Position numbers and translations under genes: made by a program
Part shown: positions 11,424 through 20,995 of the stretch, piece after piece
Layout of the letters: the number at the start of each line of letters is the position of its first letter
Position numbering within the stretch: position 1 is the stretch's first letter
The notes under the pieces: generated by a model
Databases searched by the model: none
Told to the model about the DNA's origin: nothing
What the model saw: only the letters and a program-made list of their open reading frames with translations
Source of the DNA: an uncultured Methylomirabilota bacterium
Lineage (GTDB): Bacteria; Methylomirabilota; Methylomirabilia; Methylomirabilales; 2-02-FULL-66-22
Reading direction: 5' to 3'
Assembly: GCA_963705305.1 (NCBI GenBank)
Contig: OY970067.1
Coordinates: forward strand, 1,088,001-1,152,000
Length of the DNA stretch: 64,000 nucleotides

Positions 11424-13748
11424 GTGGAGATCTTACGTGTCTACCGCCTACTCCGAAGGATGCACCAGTACCCGACCCTGGTGGCCGTCATGCGGAGCAT
11501 CTTCCTGGACGTGCTTGAGCAGCGGGGTCTCGACAGCCGCGAACATTTGGCCGCCCGGGCCCTGGAGGAGATGGCCAAGGACGGGATCCCCGACTCGGAG
11601 GCCAACCGGCAGGAGTATCTCGAAGCCTTCATCGACACCGCCGTGGCGCAGCACCTGAATTCCAGCGACATCGAAAACTACATCAATCTGGCGCGCAAAC
11701 GGGAGAATGCCCAGACGCTGAGCCGGGTCGCCAACCGGGATCAGGCCACTACCGAGGAGGTGCTCCGCGCCCTGCGCGAGTTCTGCGACATCCCCAAGGG
11801 GGAGGTCTACATCTCCCAGGAGGAGGCCGAGGGGATCCGGGTGGCGCTGATCTCGCGCTTCATCTCCAACCAGCTCCCCTTCATCAGCCTGGCCAAGAAT
11901 TACATCACGATCCGGGACACGGATGCCCTCCTGCGCAACACGCTCGTCAGCTACCGGCGGCCGGGAAAGCTCGGCGGGAAAGCCGCCGGGATGATCCTGG
12001 CCCACAAGATCCTCCTGCCCACCCTGGAGAAGAAAGACCCGGAGCTGGAAGCGCTGGTCCACGTCCCTGACACCTGGTACCTCAGCTCCGGGATATTCTC
12101 CGAGTTCCTGGACCGGAACAACCTCTACCTCTTCCACACCTTCAAGTACAAGGACCGGGAGAGCATCGAGAAGGACTTCCTCCGGATCGAGGAGCAGTTC
12201 AAGGCCGCCACCTTCGATCCGGACGTAGTTGAGGACTTTCGCCGGATCCTGACGGAGATCGGAGAGCACCCCATCATCGTCCGCTCCTCCAGCATGCTGG
12301 AGGACAATTTCGGCCTGGCATTCTCCGGCAAGTACCTGTCGGTGTTCCTGGCCAACCAGGGTGACCTGGAGACGCGGCTCCGCCGCTTCATCGGCGGCCT
12401 CAAGCAGGTCTTCGCCAGCATCTTCGGGCCCGATCCTATCCTCTACCGCCGAGATCACGGGCTGCTCGATTACGACGAGCGCATGGCCATGATCGTGCAG
12501 AAGGTGGTCGGCCGCCGCTTCGGCGACTACTTCTTCCCCTTCGCGGCGGGGGTCATGTTCTCCCGCAACGTCCACACCTGGAACCCAAAGATCAATAAAG
12601 AGGCGGGGCTCGTCCGTCTCGTTCACGGGCTGGGCACCCGTGCCGTGGATCGGGTCGGCTCCGATTACCCCCGCATGGTTCCCCTCAGCCATCCCCAGCT
12701 CCGCCCCGAGGTGACCGCCGACCAGATCCGGAAATACTCGCAGCGACAGGTGGACGTCCTGAATCTCAGGACGGACGTCGTGGAGACGCTAGACTTCCGG
12801 AGCCTCTGCAAGTCGGTCAACCACCCCGACCTGTTTTACGCCGTGTCGGTACTCGCGCACGACCATCTGGCCCCGCCGCTCTTCAAAACACAGGACCTGT
12901 CCGGTCCGGAGCTGTGCCTCACCTTCGACAACCTGCTCGCCAAGACCCCCTTCGTCCCGCTCGCCCGCAAGATCCTCTCGCGGATCGAAGCGGTCTACGG
13001 CCGGCCCGTGGACATGGAGTTCGCCTGGGATGGGGACAAGCTGTACCTGCTCCAATGCCGCTCTCTCTCCATCCGCAAGGAGCTGGAGAAGGTCGAGATG
13101 CCCGAGGCGGTTCCCCCGGAGCGCGTGCTGTTTACCACCCAGTCCGGACTGTCCAACGCCGTGGTCCCTGACCTGGAATTCATCGTGTACGTCAACCCGC
13201 GGGCCTATGACCAGCTCCCCACCCAGGAGGCCAAGCTGAAGATTGCCGGGGTGGTCAACGTGCTCAACCGCCACCTGGCCGGGCGGCGTTACACACTCAT
13301 GGGCCCCGGACGCTGGGGGAGCAACGACATCAACCTGGGCGTTCGGGTCACCTACTCGAACATCAACAAGACCAAGCTCCTGGTCGAGATCGCCTTCGCC
13401 AAGGAGGGCTACACCCCCGAGGTCTCCTACGGCACCCATTTCTTCCAGGACCTGGTTGAGGCCGATATCGTCGTGGCCACCCTGTTCCCCGACGACCCCG
13501 GCGCCCACTTCAACGAAGAGTTCGTGGTGGGCTCCGAGAACCTTCTGGGCGCCATCGCGCCCGAGGTTCGGGACTGCGAGGACGTGGTCCGGGTCATTCG
13601 GGTCCCGTCCGTCCGCCCCGGGGAGTATCTGCAAGTCTACATGGATGCAGCCAGCCGCCGGGGGCTCGGCGTGTTCGGGCCGCGGCAGAACAGCGATCAT
13701 CGGGCCAGTCGCAGCCTGGATGCCGTTCCCTCGCTGGAGACCAGCTAG
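11424..13748 (+). CDS. PEP/pyruvate-binding domain protein (PEP synthase/PPDK N-terminal ATP-grasp-like); start uncertain
   Basis: GGKAAG, IVRSSSMLED, FSGKY, GLGTRAV, PVDMEFA, LLQCR, GPGRWGS, EVSYGTHFFQDL. Confidence 0.85.
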   Translation: MEILRVYRLLRRMHQYPTLVAVMRSIFLDVLEQRGLDSREHLAARALEEMAKDGIPDSEANRQEYLEAFIDTAVAQHLNSSDIENYINLARKRENAQTLSRVANRDQATTEEVLRALREFCDIPKGEVYISQEEAEGIRVALISRFISNQLPFISLAKNYITIRDTDALLRNTLVSYRRPGKLGGKAAGMILAHKILLPTLEKKDPELEALVHVPDTWYLSSGIFSEFLDRNNLYLFHTFKYKDRESIEKDFLRIEEQFKAATFDPDVVEDFRRILTEIGEHPIIVRSSSMLEDNFGLAFSGKYLSVFLANQGDLETRLRRFIGGLKQVFASIFGPDPILYRRDHGLLDYDERMAMIVQKVVGRRFGDYFFPFAAGVMFSRNVHTWNPKINKEAGLVRLVHGLGTRAVDRVGSDYPRMVPLSHPQLRPEVTADQIRKYSQRQVDVLNLRTDVVETLDFRSLCKSVNHPDLFYAVSVLAHDHLAPPLFKTQDLSGPELCLTFDNLLAKTPFVPLARKILSRIEAVYGRPVDMEFAWDGDKLYLLQCRSLSIRKELEKVEMPEAVPPERVLFTTQSGLSNAVVPDLEFIVYVNPRAYDQLPTQEAKLKIAGVVNVLNRHLAGRRYTLMGPGRWGSNDINLGVRVTYSNINKTKLLVEIAFAKEGYTPEVSYGTHFFQDLVEADIVVATLFPDDPGAHFNEEFVVGSENLLGAIAPEVRDCEDVVRVIRVPSVRPGEYLQVYMDAASRRGLGVFGPRQNSDHRASRSLDAVPSLETS

Positions 13749-13787
13749 CCCGCAGTATTCGTGAGCCATGCTCATGAATACTGCGGG
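13749..13787. terminator. Long hairpin between convergent genes
   Basis: CCCGCAGTATTCGTGAGC...GCTCATGAATACTGCGGG near-perfect inverted repeat immediately after the stop codon. Confidence 0.55.
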
Positions 13788-13892
13788 AATGGCCACATCC
13801 CAATTGGTCATTTGTTCAGATAACTCACAAACCCCTTCGTGAACTATCCGGACCAGACCCTTTCGGCCGGCCGGAGGTTGTCCCGCCGGGGC

Positions 13893-14570
13893 TCATTCCT
13901 CCCGGATCTGGATGGCCTCGACCCTGACCCTGGCCAGCCCCTGAGCGTAGAAGCCGAGGCGCTTGGCGGCGCCCATGCTCAGATCGATGATGCGATCGCC
14001 GGACCCTGGATTCTGATCGCTCGGGAACGGGCCGCGATCATTGACCCGCACGATCACGGCCCGGTGGTTCTCCAGGTTCGTCACCTTCACGAACATGGGA
14101 AGGGGCAGATACTTGTGGGCGGCGCTCAGGCCGCTCGGATCGAAGGCCTCGCCGTTGGCCGTCATCCGGCCGCTTTCGTACCCGTACCAGGAGGCGATGC
14201 CTTCTTCCCGGTATCGTTGGGCCGCCTCCATGGACATTGGCACGTAGGTCCTCCCCCTGACGACATAGGGTGCGTCCTTCACCCGCCCTTCGCGGATGGC
14301 CTCCTTGACCGGGAGTCCGTCCATGCTCTCGATCTCGTCGTGCGTCAGCGCCCAGCCGATCGGCGCCTTCACTACCTCATAGGTGAATTCGCCGATTCGA
14401 TACACCACCTTCGTCGTCCCGGCCGTGACCTGGACGGTGGTCTTCACAATCCAGACCCCGCCGCTCACGGTCCCTTTGACAACTCGAAAGGGGGCCGAGA
14501 CCAGCGAGCAAGCTGCACTGGCGACGACCAGACACAGGACCAAGAACCGACCCAGATTTTTGGCAGACAT
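13893..14570 (-). CDS. rlpA: Septal ring lytic transglycosylase RlpA family lipoprotein
   Basis: Lipobox-like ASAAC, GIASWYG, TANGE, AAHKYLPLP, VRVNDRGPF, RIIDLS. Confidence 0.88.
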   Translation of the reverse strand: MSAKNLGRFLVLCLVVASAACSLVSAPFRVVKGTVSGGVWIVKTTVQVTAGTTKVVYRIGEFTYEVVKAPIGWALTHDEIESMDGLPVKEAIREGRVKDAPYVVRGRTYVPMSMEAAQRYREEGIASWYGYESGRMTANGEAFDPSGLSAAHKYLPLPMFVKVTNLENHRAVIVRVNDRGPFPSDQNPGSGDRIIDLSMGAAKRLGFYAQGLARVRVEAIQIREE

Positions 14571-14777
14571 CGCGGGAAGCCTGCTCCGTCTCGGCCGAGA
14601 CATTTCACCGCCGAGACTGCACGGATCGCACGGACCCGTTCCCCTTCATCGGGGCATTAGAGTTGCCGGGATCGCGGCCTCCAGGCCGCCCCTCTTGGCG
14701 GAGCTGTGTCGGCGCGAGGCATGCGGGGTGCCCCTGCAGCCGTCGCGCGCTCTGCGGTCGGTCTGCACTCTCCAGCC

Positions 14778-15659
14778 TCAGCTCATCAGCGCGATGCCCA
14801 GGACGGCCGTGACGGCTCCCGTCACGGTCCGCCGCGAGGGCTGTTTCCCCAGGACCGCGATCTCCAGGGGGATGGTGAAGAGGGGCGAAGTCGTGGAGAG
14901 GACGGTTCCGACGGCCACGCCTCCATACTTGATGCCCAGGGTGAACAGGAGAGAGCTGGTGGCGCTGAGCAGGCAGATGGCCACCAGGCGCGCCAGCTCG
15001 CGGCCGCGGCTGTCCCGCGCCGTCCGCCACGTCCCCCGCGTCCACGGGGTGCACCAGAGGACCAGTCCGGCGAGCGGGTTCCGCACGGCCGTCGCCGCCA
15101 TCGCCGAGACGACTCGGAGTGGAGCTTTCAGCAGGACCGCCGATACTGTCCAGAGGACGGCCGCCGCCAGGACCAGGCGGATGCCCTGGCGTCTGCGCGT
15201 GGACGTTTCGTCGTCCGCCTCGCCCTCCCCGCTGACGATCAGCCCGATGCCCCCCAGAACCAGAAGGATGCCCACCGCTCGCCAGAGCGTGACCCCTTCC
15301 CCCAGCAGCCAGATCCCCACGATCGTGGAGAGCAGAGGGTGGGCCATGCTCAGCGTGTGGGCCCGGGTGACCCCCAAAGAAGCCATTCCTGCGAAGAAGA
15401 CGGTATCCCCTCCGGCGTAGCCGATAGTGATGGAGCACCACAGCGCAACGACGGCCCAGAGGGGCATGCCGACGATCTCGCCCCCGTATCCGGCCGCCAG
15501 CGCCCCGGCCAGGATGGCCAATCCGCCCGCCGTGGCGCGGACGGCATTGATCCCCGCCGGGGTCAGCCGTCCGGACAGGGCCCGCGCCAGAATGCTGATG
15601 GCGGCCCACGTGACGGCGCTCCCCAGCCCGCCCAGAATGCCCATGCTGAGGTCGCTCAT
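14778..15659 (-). CDS. DMT/EamA family transporter
   Basis: About 10 hydrophobic segments in two repeats; PLL...LLGE and SPLFT...LGK motifs. Confidence 0.85.
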   Translation of the reverse strand: MSDLSMGILGGLGSAVTWAAISILARALSGRLTPAGINAVRATAGGLAILAGALAAGYGGEIVGMPLWAVVALWCSITIGYAGGDTVFFAGMASLGVTRAHTLSMAHPLLSTIVGIWLLGEGVTLWRAVGILLVLGGIGLIVSGEGEADDETSTRRRQGIRLVLAAAVLWTVSAVLLKAPLRVVSAMAATAVRNPLAGLVLWCTPWTRGTWRTARDSRGRELARLVAICLLSATSSLLFTLGIKYGGVAVGTVLSTTSPLFTIPLEIAVLGKQPSRRTVTGAVTAVLGIALMS

Positions 15660-16059
15660 GACTCGTCCGATCCTCGAACCCGCGAGCGGGCCGACCGCCC
15701 CCCGGCGGCAACTGTTCACGCCTAACCCGTCCCGCCCAAGATGTCAAGCCGAGAAGGCCCTGGGAGCTTTCGGCTCTGCACGGGTCGTCGGCCCCGGCTG
15801 CATGGTCCACGCAACCCTCCCCCCCACCATCACTGCCTTTTCCAGACGGGGGGCATGCCGGCGATTGGACTTGAAGGAAGGCGGGAGGTTTCCGTGTTGG
15901 ACGCTGCCTGAATCAGGCGTGGAAGGTGCCTCCGGCGGGACGCTTCCGGGGCGCGGGAGATAACACGTGTCGTCTCCCGCACGCCCGAGCACAGGCCATG
16001 CCGTGCCCGGCGGCTGTTCGCCGATCGGTTCTCTCCACCCCCGGCGCCCCCGCCGAAGG

Positions 16060-16296
16060 CTACTGGTCCGCCGCCTTGTTGGTGTCCTCGACCCGCTGTC
16101 GCTCTTGGTCGAGGACCGGCGCGAGCCGCTGCTCCAGACCTTTCTTGGTGAGATTCACCGGCCCGCTGGCACTGGAGGCGCCGGAAAAAGCCCGAAGGAG
16201 CTCCTGGGCGTTGTCGGCCCTGTGCAGGTACGAGACGACCAGGTACCCCATAAGCGCCAGGGCCAGGAGGAGGCCGGCCATCCCCACGATTCTCAT
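16060..16296 (-). CDS. Small single-TM hypothetical protein
   Basis: MRIVGMAGLLLALALMGYLVVSYL...; GGAG upstream; codon usage typical of the window. Confidence 0.55.
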   Translation of the reverse strand: MRIVGMAGLLLALALMGYLVVSYLHRADNAQELLRAFSGASSASGPVNLTKKGLEQRLAPVLDQERQRVEDTNKAADQ

Positions 16297-16327
16297 CGGA
16301 CATTCTCCCCAGGACAACAGATCCTGG

Positions 16328-16556
16328 CAGGCTGCTGAAAAAGACCCATCTGCCGGGTACCCACCTGATGGGTGCCCAGCCTTGGGCCGGGTACCCGCAC
16401 GCTCGGGCGCTCGCTGCGGCGTACCGGAAGTACGCCTTGACCCGCCTGTGGCGGGTACCCCGCCCCGGGTACCCATCCCGAGGGATGGGTGACGCCGCCT
16501 TGCATCTGGGTCCTTTTGAGCAACCTGGGCGAAAAGTGGCTTTTCAGCATTCGGCT
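16328..16556 (-). repeat. MITE-like dispersed repeat, copy A
   Basis: CAGGCTGCTGAAAAAG...CCTTTTGAGCAACCTG inverted ends; internal GGGTACCC/CCCATC..GATGGG palindromes shared with copies B-D. Confidence 0.85.
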
Positions 16557-16747
16557 AAGCCGGGTGGCGCGATGGTGCGCCTGGGGAAAGGCTAGCGTCC
16601 CGTTTTTAAAATGCAACTACAACCACCCGCCTGCCGCCCGCCCCTCTTCGCGTTCGCTTCCCGACCGCGGCCCGTCTGCTCTCCGCCGTGGCTCCCGCCC
16701 ATGGGGCAGCCTGGCGGCGCGGCGGATTTGTGCCCCGGCGGCCGCTC

Positions 16748-18478
16748 TCACGCGTCTCGCTTGCACATCACATTGAGGACCGCCTGTCGCCCCTCCTCCC
16801 GCACCGCCCGTAATGCCCGCTGCAGTGCCGGCCGCACCTGGTCGGGTTTCTCGACCCGCTCCCCGTAGCCGCCATGGGCCTCCACGATCTTCTCGTAGGC
16901 CGGCGACGGCCGGAGGTCGCTGAGGGGGAAGCTCCCCGTCTTCTTCGCCCACCCGTTCGGGAACAGCGCCTCCGTCGTTTTGCGGACGGCCCCCCAGGTC
17001 TCGTTGTTGAAAATGACAACCAGGATGGGGAGGCCGTAGGCAGCGCTCACCCAATGGGCGGCCGTCGGCACGCTGAAGATGTAGGCGCCGTCGCCGACCG
17101 TGGCGATGACGGTCCGGTCCGGGTGTGCCAGCTTGGTGCCCAGCGCCGCTCCCACTCCCCACCCCAGGCACCCGGCCGGCGAATGGGCGAAAAAGGAGCC
17201 CGGCCGATCGCGGCGCACCTGGCTCAGCCGAAGGTCGTATTCGTTGACGAGGATGGCGTCCTCCTCCGCAACCTCTCCGATGCACTGCGACAGCCAGTCG
17301 AAATCGATGGGGGAGTCATCCTGGGCCGAAAGCGCCGCTCTCCGCCAGGCCGCCCGCTGGGACTCGTGCTCGGCCCGGAGCTGCACCGAGCGGATGGCCA
17401 CCTTGGAATCGTGGATCTTCCCCTGTCGCGCCGCCTCGGCGGTTAAGGCCGTCAGGGTGGCGGAGGGGTCGCCGCCCAGCATCACATCCGCCGGGAACGT
17501 GCGGACGGGATAGCGGGCGAACAGCGGATCCTCGCCCACGTGGATGACCCGGGCCTCGCCGTTGACGGACACCCGCGAGGGGAACCACGGAACGTCGCTT
17601 TCAACGACGAGGATGACATCCGATCGGCTGAGGAAGGGGGCCGGGTCGAAGCCGAGGTGGTGCGGATGGCTGGACGGGAAGTTCATGTGGGTCGGATTGA
17701 ACTCCACGACGGGGACGGCCAGCGCGTCGGAGAGCCGCACCAGGGCCTCCGCCGCGGACGGGTCCCGCCCGAGGCGCGTCGTGATCAGGAGGGGGGACTC
17801 CGCCGCGAGCAGCATCGCCGCGGCTGCGCCCACCTGCGCCGGATCGGGCTGGAGATGTTCGCGGGGGAGCCGGGACGAGGCGTCATTCAGCCGGAGTGCG
17901 GTCTGGGCCTCGGCCAGGACCTCGCGCGGCAGGGTGAGGTAGGCAATGCCTTGCGGGCTGGCCGTGGCGACGGAAAGGGCCCGATCCACCACGGCCTCCA
18001 GTTGGATAAAGTTGCGCAGCTCGTAGTCCCACTTGAGAAACTCCCGGATCAGCCCCGCCTGGTCGAAGGCCTCTTGGGCCCAGTGGATGTACAGGTCCCT
18101 GGCGCCCAGAAGTCCCGCTTCCACCAGGGGGGTGCGGCCGGCCGTCATGAAGAGGGGAATGTTGGCGCGGGCGGCGTTGATGAGGGCTCCGGCGCAGTTG
18201 GCGGTCCCCACGATCGTGTGGGCCATCACCACCTGGGGTCGGCCGGTGCACATAGTGAAGCCGTGGGCGATGCTCACGGCCGTGAACTCGTGGGGCACCG
18301 TGATCGGGCGCGGCCGGTCCTTGCCCTCGGCCTCGAACTTGGCGAAGGCGTCTACCAGCGGGCCGAAGTCCGTTCCGGCATTTCCGAAGAAGTAGTCGAT
18401 GCCCCGAATCCGCAGCAGTTCCAGGTAGGCCTGCCCGGTGTTTTCCACCGTGATCGTCAGCCCCTGACGTTCACCCAT
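16748..18478 (-). CDS. TPP-requiring enzyme (acetolactate synthase/decarboxylase-like)
   Basis: FGNAGTDF, VPHE, GCLGWGVGAALG, VGDGAY...FNN. Confidence 0.88.
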   Translation of the reverse strand: MGERQGLTITVENTGQAYLELLRIRGIDYFFGNAGTDFGPLVDAFAKFEAEGKDRPRPITVPHEFTAVSIAHGFTMCTGRPQVVMAHTIVGTANCAGALINAARANIPLFMTAGRTPLVEAGLLGARDLYIHWAQEAFDQAGLIREFLKWDYELRNFIQLEAVVDRALSVATASPQGIAYLTLPREVLAEAQTALRLNDASSRLPREHLQPDPAQVGAAAAMLLAAESPLLITTRLGRDPSAAEALVRLSDALAVPVVEFNPTHMNFPSSHPHHLGFDPAPFLSRSDVILVVESDVPWFPSRVSVNGEARVIHVGEDPLFARYPVRTFPADVMLGGDPSATLTALTAEAARQGKIHDSKVAIRSVQLRAEHESQRAAWRRAALSAQDDSPIDFDWLSQCIGEVAEEDAILVNEYDLRLSQVRRDRPGSFFAHSPAGCLGWGVGAALGTKLAHPDRTVIATVGDGAYIFSVPTAAHWVSAAYGLPILVVIFNNETWGAVRKTTEALFPNGWAKKTGSFPLSDLRPSPAYEKIVEAHGGYGERVEKPDQVRPALQRALRAVREEGRQAVLNVMCKRDA

Positions 18479-18571
18479 GCCCGCCTCCTCCACGGGGTGG
18501 CCATCTCACGGACCACCCGCCGCGCGCATCTACCGGACCGGGAGCTGTGAGGGAGCCCCGGAGACGGCCCC

Positions 18572-19321
18572 TCAGTGGAACACGCGGCCCGCATCGATGA
18601 CCACGGTCTGCCCGGTCACGCTGTCGGTCCGGCAGAATTCCACCACGAGCCTCGCCACATCGTCCTTGTCCGCGCCGCGCCGGAGGAGCGCGCCCTGCTT
18701 GGCCTTCTCCTGGTATTCCGGGGCCAGGTTCTCGCTCATCCGCGTCCCCTCCATGTACCCCGGGGCGACGCAGTTCACCAGCACCCCCGGCGCCAGCGCC
18801 ACCGCCATGCAGCGGGTGAGGTGGATCAGGCCCGCCTTGGAGACCGCGTACGCGATCGAGGAGCCCATCGGACTCAGGCCGGCGATGGAAGACACATTGA
18901 CGATCCGGCCCCGCCCCTGGGCCTTCATAACGGGCGCGACCGCCCGGGTGCAGACGAAGGGACCGGTCAGGTTCACGCTCAGAATCTTCGTCCAGTCCTC
19001 CAGTCGCAGCTCCGGCAGCTGCGCGAACGGGATCCACTTGTTGTAGGCGGCGTCGTTTATCAGAACGTCGATCCGTCCATATTCGCGCATGACCCGGTCG
19101 ACCAGGGCCTGGACGGATTCCGGCCGCGCGATATCCACGGCTGCGGCGATGGCGCGCCCTTCCTGTCTCCCCACCTCTTCCGCCACCGCCTCGGCCTCGG
19201 CACGGCGCTGGGTATAGCAGACCGCCACGCTGGCCCCCTCACCGGCCAGCGCCCGGCAGATCCGCCGCCCCAGGCCGCCGGTTCCGCCCGTCACGATCGC
19301 CACTGCACCCTGAAGGTTCAT
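18572..19321 (-). CDS. SDR family oxidoreductase
   Basis: TGGTGGLG, YAVSK, VNCVAPG. Confidence 0.88.
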   Translation of the reverse strand: MNLQGAVAIVTGGTGGLGRRICRALAGEGASVAVCYTQRRAEAEAVAEEVGRQEGRAIAAAVDIARPESVQALVDRVMREYGRIDVLINDAAYNKWIPFAQLPELRLEDWTKILSVNLTGPFVCTRAVAPVMKAQGRGRIVNVSSIAGLSPMGSSIAYAVSKAGLIHLTRCMAVALAPGVLVNCVAPGYMEGTRMSENLAPEYQEKAKQGALLRRGADKDDVARLVVEFCRTDSVTGQTVVIDAGRVFH

Positions 19322-19424
19322 GGCCACCTCGTCGAGAAAGGATCCTCGTCCCCCGGCAGAATGTGCGCCAGATGTCTCCGTCGCGGCTCTCCGCCCTGCG
19401 CCATCACGGAACGGAGCGCCCCGA

Positions 19425-20501
19425 TCACTTCGAATGCAGCGGGAACGGCACCCCCAGCTCTTCGCCCAAAGCCACGAAGTCCTTGACGATGGGCTCCGGC
19501 ACCGGGATGCCGTTGGCAAGCCGCTCGGCTTTCATTTCGAACTCGATTTCGCCGGGTATGTAAATGCGCTGCACGCCCGCCGCCCGTTCGGAGGACTTGA
19601 TCTCCCGGATGGCCGTGTCCATCCTGGCCGTGAACTTTGACAGGTCCATGAAGCTCTCGATGTTCACGGCGGCAAAGATGCTTCCCACATCCGTGGGCTC
19701 GTTGAGGTTGTCGGCCAGGAAACCCGGGAAGTGGGCCCCGTAGTTCGATCCGGTCATCACCCCGCACAACAGGTCCACGGCCAGGCCAATGCCATACCCT
19801 TTGTACCCGCCGATGGGGGCCAGGAGCCCCTTCACGGCCTCGTGCGGGTCCACGGTCGGCCGCCCCATCTCGTCGAAGGCCCAGCCGGGCTCCAGCGGCT
19901 TGTTCTGCTTGGCATGCAGCAGGATCCGCCCGCGCGCCACGACGGTCGTGGCCAGATCCAGCACCACCGGCTGCTCCGTGCCGGCCGGAATCGCGACGGC
20001 GAAGGGGTTGGTGCCCAGCATCGGGGTGCGGCCGCCGGTCGGGGCCACGACGGCGGGGGCGTTGGTGGCGCTGAAGCCGATCATTCCCTGGGGGAGGGCC
20101 ATCATGGCCCAGTAGGCTGCCGCCCCGTAGTGGTTGGAGTGCGTGGTGGCCACGAAGGCTACGCCCGTCTTCCGGGCCTTCTCGATGGCCAGCTTCATGG
20201 CCGAGGCCGAGGCCACCTGGCCCAGGCTGTTCTTGCACTCGATCAGTGCCGTCGACGGATAATCGCGAATGACGGACAGCTGCGTCTTCGCGCTGACCAC
20301 CCCCACCTGGATCCGTTTCACGTAGACGCAGAGCATCCGCGTGATCCCGTGGGTGTCCACCCCCCGCAGGTTCGCCTCGATCAGCGAATCCGTCAGGATT
20401 GCAGCATCTCCCGGACTGACGCCGACTTTCCGAAACACCTGCTCTGTCCACGTGCGCAGCCCCTCCGCAGCAAACCGTATCCCGCTGTCCACCCCTGGCA
20501 T
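19425..20501 (-). CDS. LDH2/MDH2 (Ldh_2) family oxidoreductase
   Basis: ANLRGVDTHG, SNHYGAA, GTNPFA, LDLAT, GGYKGYG. Confidence 0.88.
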   Translation of the reverse strand: MPGVDSGIRFAAEGLRTWTEQVFRKVGVSPGDAAILTDSLIEANLRGVDTHGITRMLCVYVKRIQVGVVSAKTQLSVIRDYPSTALIECKNSLGQVASASAMKLAIEKARKTGVAFVATTHSNHYGAAAYWAMMALPQGMIGFSATNAPAVVAPTGGRTPMLGTNPFAVAIPAGTEQPVVLDLATTVVARGRILLHAKQNKPLEPGWAFDEMGRPTVDPHEAVKGLLAPIGGYKGYGIGLAVDLLCGVMTGSNYGAHFPGFLADNLNEPTDVGSIFAAVNIESFMDLSKFTARMDTAIREIKSSERAAGVQRIYIPGEIEFEMKAERLANGIPVPEPIVKDFVALGEELGVPFPLHSK

Positions 20502-20995
20502 CCTGTGCGCTCCTTTCTTTGTTTCGCAACTTGGCCGTTGGGATTCGCCAAAAGCGGTTGATTGTACCACACTTCCCGCCGGCGCTCCCCAGATCGAGGG
20601 CGCCCGCGCCCGTGCTCCGGCCCGGTTCAGGTTTTGCGCCTCCTCGCCTCTTCGCCCCTGCGCCCACGCGCTCCCCCCCGCTCCCCTGCGCCTTGTCCCT
20701 TCCCCCCGCCCTGTCTCTCCTTGCGACCGGATATGCGGTATCCGGTACCTTTCCGGTGCACCGCTTGACACCCGTTTCCAGGTCTTGGTAGCGTGCCTGC
20801 GTGCTCGACGGCGACCATGGGAGAGGTCGCTGTCTTTACCTTGACGGCGTTTCCTTCGCGACCTTGGAGGGGAATCCCGCAGCCATTTCAAGACCCGGGG
20901 TAGCGCCCGCCCCCGGTCATCCAACGGGCGGCGGTCCGTCGATTCGTGGCCTTTCTCCCGGGGATCGGCAATCAGGAGCAGACTGGAGGTACCAT

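Noticed and set aside
16328..16556. Possible CRISPR array from repeated GGGTACCC units
   Set aside because: No regularly spaced identical repeats with unique spacers and no cas genes; these are nested palindromes.
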